A DNA stretch of 64,000 nt from Caldisericia bacterium (GCA_035363255.1 DAOSES010000006.1:25544-89543); one strand, 5' to 3'; shown: positions 1 to 10,382, counted from the stretch's first letter. Notes: generated from the sequence alone by a model not told the origin. Translations and numbers: made by a program.

Positions 1-2
1 GT

Positions 3-1250
3 GTGAACAATGGAGAAACCTGGTCCAAGATGGGTCCAGGAACAATTGATCAACCTGTGGGAAACATAAACTCTATCGCTATCAATCCGAAAGATCCCTC
101 TCAGATTTTTGTTGCCACCAATGCAAGCGGAATTTATAAGTCAAGCGATGGCTCAGATACCTGGATCAGCTCAAGTCTTGGACTAAGCAATCAACATGTA
201 ACCACTATCTTGTATCATCCCGATAAAAGCAGTACTTTATACGCAAGTACTTTTGGAAGCGGTGTTTTTCGATCCACAGACAGCGGAACATCTTGGCAAG
301 AAATGAACCAAGGCTTAACTAACAAAACTGTCTATTCTATCTTTGTCGAAAACAACCGTCCCGATGTCTTGTATGCCTCAACTGATGCTGGTCTTTTTCG
401 AACATTACCAGGCTCTACTCAATGGGAACTTTTTGGAAATGGATTAGAAGGAGTTCCTGTGCGGGATGTCTTCGTCGATACAAAAAAGAATATTAACGTT
501 GCAGGCTCTTATGGGAATGGATGCTTTCTTTTGCACCAAATGCCCCCACCTCCTCAACTTCTCGAACCAAAAAACAACAGCGAAACAATATCTCTTCGTC
601 CAACCATGATTTGGAAAGAACCTCTTTATTATCTTGAACCTGTTTTTTATACCATCCAAGTGTCTGATAAAGAGAATTTTAGTGAAATTCGCTATGAGCA
701 TAAAGGAATTTCTGGAGACCAGTTTATTATCCCCAGAGACTTACTTCAAAAACATCGAAGCTACTATTGGCGAGTAAGATCCGAAATTGCCTCAGGGGGT
801 GGAAGATGGAGCGAAAAGTTTCAATTGCACCTTGTCACTGTGATAGTTTTGCGCATCAATCAAGCTATGATGAAGGTGGATAATAGCGATAGAGAAGTGG
901 ATCCCGGAAGAGGAACTGCACCCCTCATACGAAACAATAGGACTTTTCTCCCCATACGATCAGTTATAGAAAGTGTTGGAGGTAGCATTGAATGGGAAGA
1001 AAGCACTCGCACCGTTAGCATTAAACTAGCTCAAAATAGCATCGACTTGATCATTGATAGCGCTGAAGCAAAAGTAAATGGCAAAACACAACTTATCGAT
1101 TCTGCCGATCCCAAAGTGAGTCCCTTTATTCAAAATGGTCGCACGATGTTGCCATTACGTTTTGTTGGTGAATCTACCAACATGAGAGTGGAATGGCAAG
1201 CAGAAACACAAACTATCAGTCTTGTTTATCCGAATATTAAGCATGGCTAA
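3..1250 (+). CDS. 5'-truncated secreted cell-surface protein. It has BNR/Asp-box repeats, an FN3-like segment, and C-terminal copper-amine-oxidase-N-terminal-like (Cu_amine_oxidN1) anchoring repeats.
   Basis: ORF runs to the window edge. Repeated SxDxGxTW motifs (SSDGSDTW, STDSGTSW). The C-terminus carries GRTMLPLRFV and NNRTFLPIRSV motifs typical of the Cu amine oxidase N-like stalk domain. Confidence 0.75.
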   Translation: MNNGETWSKMGPGTIDQPVGNINSIAINPKDPSQIFVATNASGIYKSSDGSDTWISSSLGLSNQHVTTILYHPDKSSTLYASTFGSGVFRSTDSGTSWQEMNQGLTNKTVYSIFVENNRPDVLYASTDAGLFRTLPGSTQWELFGNGLEGVPVRDVFVDTKKNINVAGSYGNGCFLLHQMPPPPQLLEPKNNSETISLRPTMIWKEPLYYLEPVFYTIQVSDKENFSEIRYEHKGISGDQFIIPRDLLQKHRSYYWRVRSEIASGGGRWSEKFQLHLVTVIVLRINQAMMKVDNSDREVDPGRGTAPLIRNNRTFLPIRSVIESVGGSIEWEESTRTVSIKLAQNSIDLIIDSAEAKVNGKTQLIDSADPKVSPFIQNGRTMLPLRFVGESTNMRVEWQAETQTISLVYPNIKHG

Positions 1251-1953
1251 ACTACAACTAACTAAAGAAGAAAGAAACAAACTTATTGTAGATCATCTTT
1301 GGATTGTAGATTATTTGGCACATAAATTTTCTGATGGAAAAAATATTGCCTTAGAAGACTTGAGGTCAGTAGGTGGAATAGGTTTAGTTAAAGCAGCAGA
1401 CAATTATGAGGACAACATGGGTACAAGCTTTTCCACCTATGCTACTTTAATTGTGCAAGGGGAAATACGACATTATCTACGAGACAGAGCTGATATATTG
1501 CGTATTCCTCGAAAATATGTTGATAATTATAAAATTATTCAAGAAACAATACAGGAATCACTTAATCAAACCAAACAAGCACCAAGCCTCGAAGAAATCC
1601 ATCTAAAAACAGGACTAGAAAAAAAAGAAATTGTCGAATCTCTTGAAGCTGCTCATGCCAAGTTTCCTTTGTCTTTGGATGAACCTTTAAACCAAGATGG
1701 AGAAAAGCTGAAAGTTTATGATACTGTGCCTACTCAGGGTGATGATCCTGCCACAATGATCCAGCGGATTACCATCAATACAGCCTTGCAAAAACTGGAA
1801 CCCACTGAACGAAAAAGTATAGTACTAAAATATCAGTATGATTTAACTTATGAAGAAATTGCAGAAAAGTTGGGACTAAAAACTGGTAAAGTAGTTAGAT
1901 CGATACAAACTGGACTAAAGAAACTTAAAAAGTATCTCATTGAGGGAGAATAA
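1243..1953 (+). CDS. Sigma-70 family alternative sigma factor, group 3 (FliA/SigF/WhiG-like).
   Basis: Region 2 (TYATLIVQGEIRHYLRD) and region 4 helix-turn-helix motifs of alternative sigma factors. Start is ambiguous: TTG at 1222 or ATG at 1243. Confidence 0.75.
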   Translation: MAKLQLTKEERNKLIVDHLWIVDYLAHKFSDGKNIALEDLRSVGGIGLVKAADNYEDNMGTSFSTYATLIVQGEIRHYLRDRADILRIPRKYVDNYKIIQETIQESLNQTKQAPSLEEIHLKTGLEKKEIVESLEAAHAKFPLSLDEPLNQDGEKLKVYDTVPTQGDDPATMIQRITINTALQKLEPTERKSIVLKYQYDLTYEEIAEKLGLKTGKVVRSIQTGLKKLKKYLIEGE

Positions 1954-1989
1954 GGAGATGTTTCACGTGAAACATCTCCTTATTCTCCC
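1944..1989. terminator. 46-nt perfect palindrome (23+23, centre CACGTG) spanning both stop codons of the convergent sigma-factor and mnmG genes. Putative bidirectional terminator or RNA stem.
   Basis: gggagaataaggagatgtttcac|gtgaaacatctccttattctccc is its own reverse complement. TAA at 1951-1953 and TTA (complement TAA) at 1980-1982 both lie inside it. Confidence 0.7.
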
Positions 1990-3851
1990 TGCTCAGGTTT
2001 CCTGATATACCCTATCAAAGCTAAAATATCTGCGGGAGTTACTCCAGATAATCTTGTGGCTTCTTGTATCGTATCTGGTAGTTCTTCACTAAGAATTTTC
2101 CTTGCTTCTTTTGACAAAAAAACCAATGAATGGTATGGAATACTTTTACTGAGAGTGTAGCTAGCCATACGTTGCATCGTTTTCATTTCATTGTGTTCTC
2201 GCAAAATGTATCCTTCGTATTTTGCTTCAATCTCCAGCTCTTCTTTAACTTCCTCAGATAGCTCAGAAAAAGCTGTCGAAAGCTGTTCAATTTGAGACAA
2301 TGAATAATCAGTACGCTTTAAAAGTTGGAACAAGCTGGTATTTTTGTTAATTTCTGAAAAACCAAGGGTGCACAATAATTCAAGGTTTTCTTTACTTGGG
2401 GACAGAGTACTTTCTTGAAGAATATCTTTTCCCTTTTGTAGTTCGTTCATTTTTTGTGTAAATAGCTCAAAATGTTGATCGGTCACCAAGCCCAACTCTC
2501 TTCCTAAAGGGCTTAGACGCTGATCCGCATTATCTGCTCTGTTGAGCAAACGATACTCTACATGAGCTGGACTTATACGATAGGGCTCATCTAGTCGGCG
2601 ATTAATCATATCATCGATCATTACTCCAATATAGGATTCATATCGATGGAGTATCAATGGTTCCTTTTCTTTTACTTTTAAAACTGCGTTAATTCCAGCA
2701 AGTAGTCCTTGAGCTGCTGCTTCATCGTAGCCCGTGGTACCATTGAGCTGTCCTGCACAAAATAAAGCACTAATCTTTTTTGATTCCAAGTTCAAAGCGA
2801 GTTCTGAGGGATCCACAAAATCATATGCAATTGCATAAGCAGGGCGCATGATCCGAGCATTTTCAAGACCAGGCAAACTATGTAGTATTTCTTCCTGGCA
2901 ATGGGGGTAAACACTCATATTTAAGCCTGCGGCATACAACTCGTTGCTGTGAAAACCTTCCTGTTCGAGAAAAAAATTATGACGCATTCTATCGGGGTAC
3001 CATTTCACTTTTTCTTCGATTGATGGACAAGTACGGGGACCAACTTTAACCATTTGACCAGTGGAAGAAGGTTGATATTGTAGGTGTTTTTTGGTAATTT
3101 CAATCGTTTTTTCGTTGGTCCAGCCTAAATATGCGGGTAGTTGAGGATGATATATCTTGCGAGGAGAACGAAAAGAAAACTGAATCATACCCAAGTATCC
3201 ATCTTGACGATTCAACTGTGAAAAATCAACGCTTCTCTTATCGATTCTGGGAGTCGTACCCGTATTAAATCGTCTTATACTAAGACCTGCTTCAGCCAAG
3301 CTTTCAGATAAGCTTTTTGCTGACAATTCCGTACTGCGTCCCCCGTCATAAGCTGTAAAACCACAATGAATTCGTCCTTTGAGATATGTTCCAGTGGTAA
3401 GAATTACTGCACGAGCATGATATTCTTCGTCAAAAATATCTTTTACTCCGATACAGCGGTGGTTTTCGATGAGGATGGAATTGACCATGGTTTGATGTAA
3501 ATCAAGTAGGCTTTGATTTTCCAAAGTTTCTTTCATAGCTTGACTATACATCCACTTATCACATTGAACTCTTTTGGAACGCAGAGCCAAGCCTTTAGAA
3601 GTGTTTAATATTTGAATTTGAGATAAAGCTTTTTCTGCGTTAACAGCTATTTCTCCTCCTAAAGCATCAACTTCAGCAATAATCTGAGATTTACCTGAAC
3701 CTCCAATTGCTGGATTGCACGGCATCCAAGCAATAGTATCAAGATTTATAGTTAAGAGAAGAGTTTTGCATCCCATACGAGCAGAGGCTAATGCTGCTTC
3801 ACAACCCGCATGCCCAGCTCCAACCACAATGATATCGTATTGCTTAAACAT
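1980..3851 (-). CDS. mnmG: tRNA uridine-5-carboxymethylaminomethyl(34) synthesis enzyme MnmG (GidA).
   Basis: N-terminus MFKQYDIIVVGAGHAGCEAALASARMG (FAD fold) and the family length. Start taken at the internal ATG (3849-3851), not at the ORF-track start 3917. Confidence 0.93.
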   Translation of the reverse strand: MFKQYDIIVVGAGHAGCEAALASARMGCKTLLLTINLDTIAWMPCNPAIGGSGKSQIIAEVDALGGEIAVNAEKALSQIQILNTSKGLALRSKRVQCDKWMYSQAMKETLENQSLLDLHQTMVNSILIENHRCIGVKDIFDEEYHARAVILTTGTYLKGRIHCGFTAYDGGRSTELSAKSLSESLAEAGLSIRRFNTGTTPRIDKRSVDFSQLNRQDGYLGMIQFSFRSPRKIYHPQLPAYLGWTNEKTIEITKKHLQYQPSSTGQMVKVGPRTCPSIEEKVKWYPDRMRHNFFLEQEGFHSNELYAAGLNMSVYPHCQEEILHSLPGLENARIMRPAYAIAYDFVDPSELALNLESKKISALFCAGQLNGTTGYDEAAAQGLLAGINAVLKVKEKEPLILHRYESYIGVMIDDMINRRLDEPYRISPAHVEYRLLNRADNADQRLSPLGRELGLVTDQHFELFTQKMNELQKGKDILQESTLSPSKENLELLCTLGFSEINKNTSLFQLLKRTDYSLSQIEQLSTAFSELSEEVKEELEIEAKYEGYILREHNEMKTMQRMASYTLSKSIPYHSLVFLSKEARKILSEELPDTIQEATRLSGVTPADILALIGYIRKPEQGE

Positions 3852-4761
3852 GTGGAGTTTCCTTGTGGAGATAAACATTTCTGCAGGGGAAGGAGATGTC
3901 AATCTGTTCAAGATCAAATCTTTGCTTTAAAGTTTTTACCAACTCATGGCGAACGGGAAAAGAATCCATATAGTCTGAAAGTTTGATGCCAATGGAAAAT
4001 TCAATGTTTGAATCTCCAAAAGCTTTAAAGCGTACGGAAGGAATATGTTCATTGAAAGGAGATGCTTGCTGTTTTTGAATATTGGTGGCAATTTCTCGGA
4101 TGATGTTTTCAGCATGGTCAAGCTTACTATGATATGAGATTCCGGCTGAAAAAAAATAAATAAAGGCTTTTTCTGGGCGATGGAAATTTGTCACAATACT
4201 TTTCAACACAGTGGTATTCGGTATGAGAACCACGTTGTTGCTAAAGGTTTTGATGTGGGTGCTTCGCCAGGTAATGTCTGTGATGGTCCCCTGTAATTCA
4301 TTGATTTCCACAAAATCCCCCAATTGGATCATGGGATCGCTGATCAGTTGAAGACCAGCAAAAAAATCTGACAAGGATGATTGCATTGCTAACCCGATGG
4401 CTAGACTTGTTACTCCAAACGCTGTCAAAATGGGAGTGATATTCATATCAAGCTGAAGCAGGATCATTTTAATGGCAAGGATGTAGATAAGAATGTCACT
4501 TACTCGAATAAGCATATTGGGAGCTTTAGCAAATTCTTTTTTTATTTTCCATCGCGAATGAATGGAATAGGTAACAAGTTGAGAGCATAAAACTGCAATT
4601 CCAATAATTAAACCAATAACCCAGGTATCATTTACCCACTCCAAGTGGATATCTATCCAGGCAAAGTAATGTGCAACTGGATACAAAACGATCCAAACAA
4701 AAAGGTATATTAGCACCCGTCTGATTTTTTGGAGTATTTTATTTAAGTTGTGAATTTTCAT
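3844..4761 (-). CDS. MscS-family small-conductance mechanosensitive channel.
   Basis: Multiple N-terminal TM helices followed by an MscS beta-domain motif (GTITDITWRSTHIKTFSNNVVLIPN). Confidence 0.8.
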   Translation of the reverse strand: MKIHNLNKILQKIRRVLIYLFVWIVLYPVAHYFAWIDIHLEWVNDTWVIGLIIGIAVLCSQLVTYSIHSRWKIKKEFAKAPNMLIRVSDILIYILAIKMILLQLDMNITPILTAFGVTSLAIGLAMQSSLSDFFAGLQLISDPMIQLGDFVEINELQGTITDITWRSTHIKTFSNNVVLIPNTTVLKSIVTNFHRPEKAFIYFFSAGISYHSKLDHAENIIREIATNIQKQQASPFNEHIPSVRFKAFGDSNIEFSIGIKLSDYMDSFPVRHELVKTLKQRFDLEQIDISFPCRNVYLHKETPHV

Positions 4762-6284
4762 TGAAACGTGTCCTCGCTTTCTGTTGTAAGATGGTTAATA
4801 TCCTTAATCCATTTACCATTAAACATGATTAATTCAGGGACAAGGGCAGGTAAACGGGAGGAAGGAATCGAAAATAAATCTTCTTTCAAAAAGAACATAT
4901 CAGCATAATTTCCAAGCTTTATCGCACCTTGAAACATCTGAGCTGATATACACTCCGCTCCAGCATGAGTATAACAATAAAAGGCCTTTTTTCGACTCAT
5001 AAAAGTTTCAGATGCTTGGATGTTTTTAAATGGATTAATGTCTTCAATTGGCGAATCTGTGGAAAGGGATACTTTAAGATTTTGATCGATCATCGCTTTA
5101 AAGGGATATGCTAATTTGTGAAAGCGTTGCTCAGAAAGACGTTTGATTGCCATTTCTTTGTCAGCATGATAAAAAATGCTTTGAATCGATAAATACAAAG
5201 ACAATTTGTTAATCAGATCAAGCTGTTGGGAGGATGCCATTTGCACATGGATCAAACGATGTTTCAGGTTTAGGTTGTTGATCTTACTGTTTTTAAAACT
5301 TTCAAGATAAACTTCTAATGCCTCATCGCCAATTACATGAAAAGCAGTCGACCATCCGCAGCGCTCTGATCTGTGCAAGATATCTTGTAATTCGTTCGAG
5401 GAATAGTATAAAACTCCTTTAGTCTTGGGTTCATCAGCATAAGGAGAGCTTAGGTAGGCACTTCTCCCCCCCAGAGAGCCATCCAATATGAATTTGAATG
5501 AGGAAAGGGATAGAAAGGGGGTACTTCGATAATAAAATGAGAGAGTATCGGGATTCATAATTTCTTGGTAGGAAAAGGGTGGAGAAAGATTAAGGTGTTC
5601 ATAAATACGCAAATCAGTTTGAGCATCCAAAAGAGATAGTAAGTGCTGTGCGCTTGATGTATTCCAGTCATCGGTATGAACTGATGAGATCCCATAGCTT
5701 TTACAAAGATTTGTAGCTTGCTCCAGACAATCTTGCAAATGCTTTTTGCTATACTTGATACAAGCTCTTGCAAAATCTAAAACTCTTTCTTTGATGACTC
5801 CTTCTTCCAAATTGCTTTCATCTACTTGATGAAACTTTTCCAACTTAAATAGCTCAATGGCTTTGGTATTTACATAGCCAATATGTCCACATTTTCCAAT
5901 CAGTAAAACAGGTCGTTGTGCTTCCAGTTTATCCAAACACAAACGATTCATCGTATATGGTAGCGAGTCAGGGATCCAACCGCGCAAACAAAGCGTTTCT
6001 TCATCAAGTTTTTTGAAGATTTCTTTTAGCTCCTCCATGCTACTCACAAGCTCCAGGGAGGGCTCGATAAGCTTTCTTCCAGTGCCGATCAAATGGCAAT
6101 GCGACTCGATAAAAGATGGATAAGCAAAATAAGCACTAAGGTCGATCCAAGGTTCTGCTTCTTGTTCGTTCAGATGTGAGTCTATTGCCTTGATCATGCT
6201 TTGCTCTATGCGAAGATCACAGCGCTTGAAGCTTTCTTCCAGAGGATCGTATATATTCACTTGTTTTATCAACATATGGCTCAT
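4758..6284 (-). CDS. Amidohydrolase-family metal-dependent hydrolase (TIM-barrel).
   Basis: Metal-ligand motif SHCHL near the N-terminus and HVIGDEA later. Start placed at MSHMLIKQ; the upstream extension of the ORF track lacks an RBS and reads as nonsense. Confidence 0.7.
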   Translation of the reverse strand: MSHMLIKQVNIYDPLEESFKRCDLRIEQSMIKAIDSHLNEQEAEPWIDLSAYFAYPSFIESHCHLIGTGRKLIEPSLELVSSMEELKEIFKKLDEETLCLRGWIPDSLPYTMNRLCLDKLEAQRPVLLIGKCGHIGYVNTKAIELFKLEKFHQVDESNLEEGVIKERVLDFARACIKYSKKHLQDCLEQATNLCKSYGISSVHTDDWNTSSAQHLLSLLDAQTDLRIYEHLNLSPPFSYQEIMNPDTLSFYYRSTPFLSLSSFKFILDGSLGGRSAYLSSPYADEPKTKGVLYYSSNELQDILHRSERCGWSTAFHVIGDEALEVYLESFKNSKINNLNLKHRLIHVQMASSQQLDLINKLSLYLSIQSIFYHADKEMAIKRLSEQRFHKLAYPFKAMIDQNLKVSLSTDSPIEDINPFKNIQASETFMSRKKAFYCYTHAGAECISAQMFQGAIKLGNYADMFFLKEDLFSIPSSRLPALVPELIMFNGKWIKDINHLTTESEDTFQ

Positions 6285-6417
6285 CCTGTATAAAAAATTT
6301 ATCTCATAAGCTATGGCTAATATTTTACAATTATCTGCTAATAAACTAAAATGAATATGCAAATAGGACGCAAAGTGTGAGTTTTTTTTCACAAGAATGC
6401 AGTAAAGCGAGGACACG

Positions 6418-7170
6418 ATGAAAGAATATGCTGAGTTGCTGAAAGAGTTTCTTAGTCTCGATACCGAACCAGTAGGAGTTAAACTTTTCAAAGACCGTAG
6501 CGAATGGAAGGGTTCACTCATCAAAACCAAAACCAATTTATGTCAAATGGTATCGATGAGTCGTTATCAGGGAAGCACTTGTGCACAGGTGGCTGAAGGA
6601 ATGATATGTGTTCTTGGTGCTTGTTGTTTAGGTTTAATCAAAACACCTACTCGATTTATCAATGGAGAAGCAGTGGTAGGAAAATACACTATCGATGCTG
6701 AAGTTGGCAAAAAATTCATCGAAAACACCTATATGCTGGGCAATCAAGGCAAATTGTATGACTTGGTTCTCACCGCTCCCCTAAAAACAATTGATGACCC
6801 TGATATCGTTGTGATATATACCAATCCTGCCCAAATACTTCCATTGGTGCATGCCTACATCTACGACACAGGAAACAAAATCGCTGCAGATACTGTTGCA
6901 GAAGCAGCTCTATGTGCTAGTCTTGCCTTTGCACATGGCGAGGACGCACCCATCATTGGTTTCCCTTGTGCCGGGGATAGACGCTTTGCTGGAACTCAAC
7001 ACCACGAGCTTCTTTTTGCCTTGCCTTCAAAACAGCTACCTCATTTGATCGAAAACCTTAAAATTAAACGTCAAGCCAACCCAAGGCTGTATCCTGTAGC
7101 TCCATCAATGCAATGGGTGCCCATGATGCCCCCAGCTTATACCCTAAGTGACGATGATTTGGTGGATTGA
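6418..7170 (+). CDS. Conserved hypothetical protein, possibly DUF169 family.
   Basis: 250 aa soluble protein. The N-terminus (MKEYAELLKEFLSLDTEPVGVKLF) resembles DUF169 proteins. Assignment is from memory only. Confidence 0.45.
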   Translation: MKEYAELLKEFLSLDTEPVGVKLFKDRSEWKGSLIKTKTNLCQMVSMSRYQGSTCAQVAEGMICVLGACCLGLIKTPTRFINGEAVVGKYTIDAEVGKKFIENTYMLGNQGKLYDLVLTAPLKTIDDPDIVVIYTNPAQILPLVHAYIYDTGNKIAADTVAEAALCASLAFAHGEDAPIIGFPCAGDRRFAGTQHHELLFALPSKQLPHLIENLKIKRQANPRLYPVAPSMQWVPMMPPAYTLSDDDLVD

Positions 7171-7768
7171 TTTTTTTAGTAATTTTCTGCTCTGTTTGTT
7201 TTTTTTGTATTTAATTTTACGCCCCTTGATTTTAAGAAAACCCTTTGTTTTGAGCAGTGCAGTTTACTGCTCTATGATCATGTTGGGTCTCTTGATTTTG
7301 TCGCTAAATGATTACATGGTTTTAAGCTCAGGTTCATGGAATAATGCATTTACTCATTGGAGAGGTTTTTTGTTTGTGCTAGGTTTTCCTTTATACCTAT
7401 TTTTAATACCACGAATCCGAAGAGAATTTTATGTATTCCATGTTTCTGAAAGTGTATTTAGGGAAAAAACTATAGCTTATCTGCGCCAAGCAAAAATACC
7501 ATACACCATCGATCCAGACAAATTAAGCATCAGATCGGAAAGTGACAACACTTTTGTTAGTTTTTATAATCCAACGATGCGATATGCTGTTTGGGTGTTC
7601 AATTCTTGCGATCTTGACCTTGTCAATGCAAGAAAACAACTTAAATATGAGCTATCCAAGGAAAAGCCTTATACTGGTTTTTCATGGCATGTGGTTTCAT
7701 TTTTCCTTATTTTCAGTATTCTACTTTTAAGAATGACGATGATGATTGTTCAGAAGGTAAACAGCTAA
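7148..7768 (+). CDS. Hypothetical integral membrane protein.
   Basis: Several hydrophobic helices. Start overlaps the stop of the upstream gene. Confidence 0.55.
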   Translation: MTMIWWIDFFSNFLLCLFFLYLILRPLILRKPFVLSSAVYCSMIMLGLLILSLNDYMVLSSGSWNNAFTHWRGFLFVLGFPLYLFLIPRIRREFYVFHVSESVFREKTIAYLRQAKIPYTIDPDKLSIRSESDNTFVSFYNPTMRYAVWVFNSCDLDLVNARKQLKYELSKEKPYTGFSWHVVSFFLIFSILLLRMTMMIVQKVNS

Positions 7769-7769
7769 G

Positions 7770-8216
7770 ATGAAAGATATTTTCAGCAATCCATGGCTTC
7801 TTGTGGCTTTGGCAAGTGGAATTATTGCTCAAGGGCTAAAAGTACCTATTCATTATATTCGAAAAAAAGAATGGGATATCAGTCTTTTTTTTAGCAATGG
7901 AGGCTTTCCGAGTTCACACACAGCCACCGTTCTTGCCCTAATTACCCGAGTAGGAAGAGATTTTGGTTTTGGTTCTCCTTTTTTTGCTATTAGTGCTGTT
8001 TTTGGAACTATCGTGATTTTCGATGCTACCGGAGTAAGGCAAGAAGTCGGCAGACATTCGAAAACCCTCAATGATATTCTTGAAATGTTAAAGCTGAGAG
8101 AAACACTCAATTTTGAAATTCTTGAGGAGTTGGTGGGACACACTGTTTTAGAGGTAATTGCGGGATTTTTTCTTGGAATCGGACTGGCTTTTCTTTCCTA
8201 TATGGTGTTTCCATAA
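7770..8216 (+). CDS. Divergent PAP2 / acid-phosphatase-vanadium-haloperoxidase-related membrane protein (DUF212).
   Basis: KVPIHYIRKKEWD...GGFPSSHTATVLAL motif characteristic of the DUF212 family. Confidence 0.75.
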   Translation: MKDIFSNPWLLVALASGIIAQGLKVPIHYIRKKEWDISLFFSNGGFPSSHTATVLALITRVGRDFGFGSPFFAISAVFGTIVIFDATGVRQEVGRHSKTLNDILEMLKLRETLNFEILEELVGHTVLEVIAGFFLGIGLAFLSYMVFP

Positions 8217-8219
8217 GGC

Positions 8220-8660
8220 TTACTGTTCGGGCAAGCCAATAAGGTGTAAAAAACCAAGACTTGCCAAAGTAACGATGATACCTGCAAGACAAACTCCAAG
8301 TAGAATCATGAGCAAGGCTGTGCCTTTGGATAATCTTAAAATCCAAGCTAAAAGCGAACCAGTCCAGGCACCTGTTCCTGGAAGGGGAATGGCTACTAAT
8401 AGAAGCAAACCCATATATCCAAAACGAGATATCCATGAGGCTTTTTGCATGGGCTTAGAGGTAAAGAGCTTCCACTTTCGTAAAAAAGGCAATCGATCAA
8501 ATCCATATAAAATAATTAGGGGTGGTATCATATTCCCCAATAATGATAGTACAAATACGATCAACCAGTGCATACGATGAAGACCTATTCCAAAGGGAAT
8601 AGAAACTCGTAATTCCCCAACAGGTGTCATCGCCAATAAAAAGATCGTTACTGCATCCAT
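8220..8660 (-). CDS. Putative small multidrug export protein family (COG2426) membrane protein.
   Basis: 146 aa, 4 TM helices, PVGELRVSIPFGIG...PLPGTGAWTG motifs. Confidence 0.65.
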   Translation of the reverse strand: MDAVTIFLLAMTPVGELRVSIPFGIGLHRMHWLIVFVLSLLGNMIPPLIILYGFDRLPFLRKWKLFTSKPMQKASWISRFGYMGLLLLVAIPLPGTGAWTGSLLAWILRLSKGTALLMILLGVCLAGIIVTLASLGFLHLIGLPEQ

Positions 8661-8766
8661 AGTTACTCAAGATAATACAAATTTTGCTAAATAATGCAAA
8701 TCAGCAAAGGCTCGTTTCTATGCGGACGTTGTGTTTCAGCTTTTTTTTGTTATAAAACCTAGCAGG

Positions 8767-10380
8767 ATGGAATATTTTATGAATGAGTTTGTACTTTTGT
8801 TTACTATTTTATTTGTTGGATATAGTATTGGAAAGTGGTCTTTTAAGGGTATCTCTCTCGGAAGCACTGCAATATTAATTATCTCCTTATTGTTTGGCTA
8901 TTTTGGCTTTACGCTTTCCCATGAAATCATGGAACTTGGTTTGATTTTGTTTGTCTATTCCGTTGGCATCAGCGTTGGTGCAAGATTTTTCAGATCGTTT
9001 CGCAAAGAAGGATGGAAATACGTATTACTCGGGATTGCAGGTCCAAGTTTTGGCGCCCTGAGCGTATTTCTTCTTGCAGGTTTTTTTCATCTTCCGTTTG
9101 ATCTTGCCACAGGCCTCTATACTGGATCATTAACCAACACCCCTGCCCTTGCAGGTGTTCTTGATACCTTGACTCGAACCTCTCCTGACAAAATGGCAAA
9201 CGTTTCAAGCGCTTATGGAATAGCTTATCCTTTTGCTATGATAAGCCTTGTATTAATGAATCAGGTACTACCTCGCTTCAAAGGAGTTAACCTCAAAAAG
9301 GAAGAAGAAAACTTTAACAAAAGCGAGGAAGCATGGAGTTGTCCCCTAAGCATCCAACAATATAAAATCACCAATCCAGCTTGTTGGGGGAAAAGCATTG
9401 CTGAGATCAATCCCAACAGGATGATTTCAGCCAATTTTTCATGTGTTATCCGAAAAAAAACCATCATTCCCGCTAATTCAAACTTACATCTTGAAGAGGG
9501 CGATATTGCGCGAGTGGTTGGATCAGAAGAAGAGCTTAACAAAATGGGACTTCTTTTAGGGCAACAACACACTATGGAAGAGTTTACGTCCAAAGATTAC
9601 AATTTTATTGATGTTAAGATTCTAAACAAAAAATATACAGGCAAAAAAATTCAGGATATCCCCCTTTGGTCCAAGTATGAAGTTGTAATAACCCGAGTCC
9701 GGAGGAGTGATGTTGAGTGGTCCCCCAAGGGATCTCTTGTGCTGGAATGGGGCGATAGTCTTCGTATAGCCGGTATGGAACAAAACTTAAAACCCCTTGC
9801 CAAGGAAATCCAGGGCGATCTTAAACAATTGGAAGAAACCAACCTTATTCCATATTTTGCAGGATTATTGCTTGGAATTGCATTAGGATCCATTCGAGTC
9901 CCTCTGGGTTCGCAACTTCATTTGAGCCTCGGAAGTGCTGGGGGTGCTTTTTTGGTCAGCTTAATGCTTGGGCATATTGGCAGAATACGGTCCATTCCTT
10001 TCTATGTTCCCCCTGCTGTTAAGCATTTTTCAAGAGAATTCGGACTCTTACTTTTTTTAGCTGGAGCTGGTACCATGGCAGGATCCAGGATCATGCCCAT
10101 ACTGAAAAGTCAAGGTATATCCTTGTTGTTGCTTGGAGCTTTACTGACTATCATGGTAGTCTCAGTCAGTTTTATCCTTGCTCGTAAAGTGTTTAAACTC
10201 AACATATCAGCAACGATGGGTGCACTAAGTGCAATCATGACCAATCCACCTGCTTTGTCTTCTGCTCAAGCAAAAACAGATTCAGTCGAACCTTTACTGA
10301 ACTATGCAAGCATTTACCCCATAGCTTTAATAAGCAAAATTGTCTTAGCTCAAGTGTTGATTTTTTTGTTAGGGAAATAA
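8767..10380 (+). CDS. AAE-family (AspT/YidE/YbjL-type) duplicated transporter with central TrkA-C (RCK_C) domains.
   Basis: Two homologous membrane halves separated by two soluble segments of roughly 80 aa (IARVVGSEEELNKMG; LRIAGMEQNLKPL). Start may be 8731, 8767 or 8779. Confidence 0.75.
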   Translation: MEYFMNEFVLLFTILFVGYSIGKWSFKGISLGSTAILIISLLFGYFGFTLSHEIMELGLILFVYSVGISVGARFFRSFRKEGWKYVLLGIAGPSFGALSVFLLAGFFHLPFDLATGLYTGSLTNTPALAGVLDTLTRTSPDKMANVSSAYGIAYPFAMISLVLMNQVLPRFKGVNLKKEEENFNKSEEAWSCPLSIQQYKITNPACWGKSIAEINPNRMISANFSCVIRKKTIIPANSNLHLEEGDIARVVGSEEELNKMGLLLGQQHTMEEFTSKDYNFIDVKILNKKYTGKKIQDIPLWSKYEVVITRVRRSDVEWSPKGSLVLEWGDSLRIAGMEQNLKPLAKEIQGDLKQLEETNLIPYFAGLLLGIALGSIRVPLGSQLHLSLGSAGGAFLVSLMLGHIGRIRSIPFYVPPAVKHFSREFGLLLFLAGAGTMAGSRIMPILKSQGISLLLLGALLTIMVVSVSFILARKVFKLNISATMGALSAIMTNPPALSSAQAKTDSVEPLLNYASIYPIALISKIVLAQVLIFLLGK

Positions 10381-10382
10381 AA

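Noticed and set aside
3715-4121. Small ORFs of 71 and 61 aa at the mnmG/mscS junction.
   Set aside because: Each lies antisense to, and wholly inside, one of the real genes. No signals. Spurious.
7853-8580. Overlapping small ORFs: 96 and 109 aa on the minus strand, and 140 aa on the plus strand.
   Set aside because: They overlap the DUF212 gene and the small-multidrug-export gene in other frames. Composition is Arg/Ser-rich nonsense. The two annotated genes account for the region.
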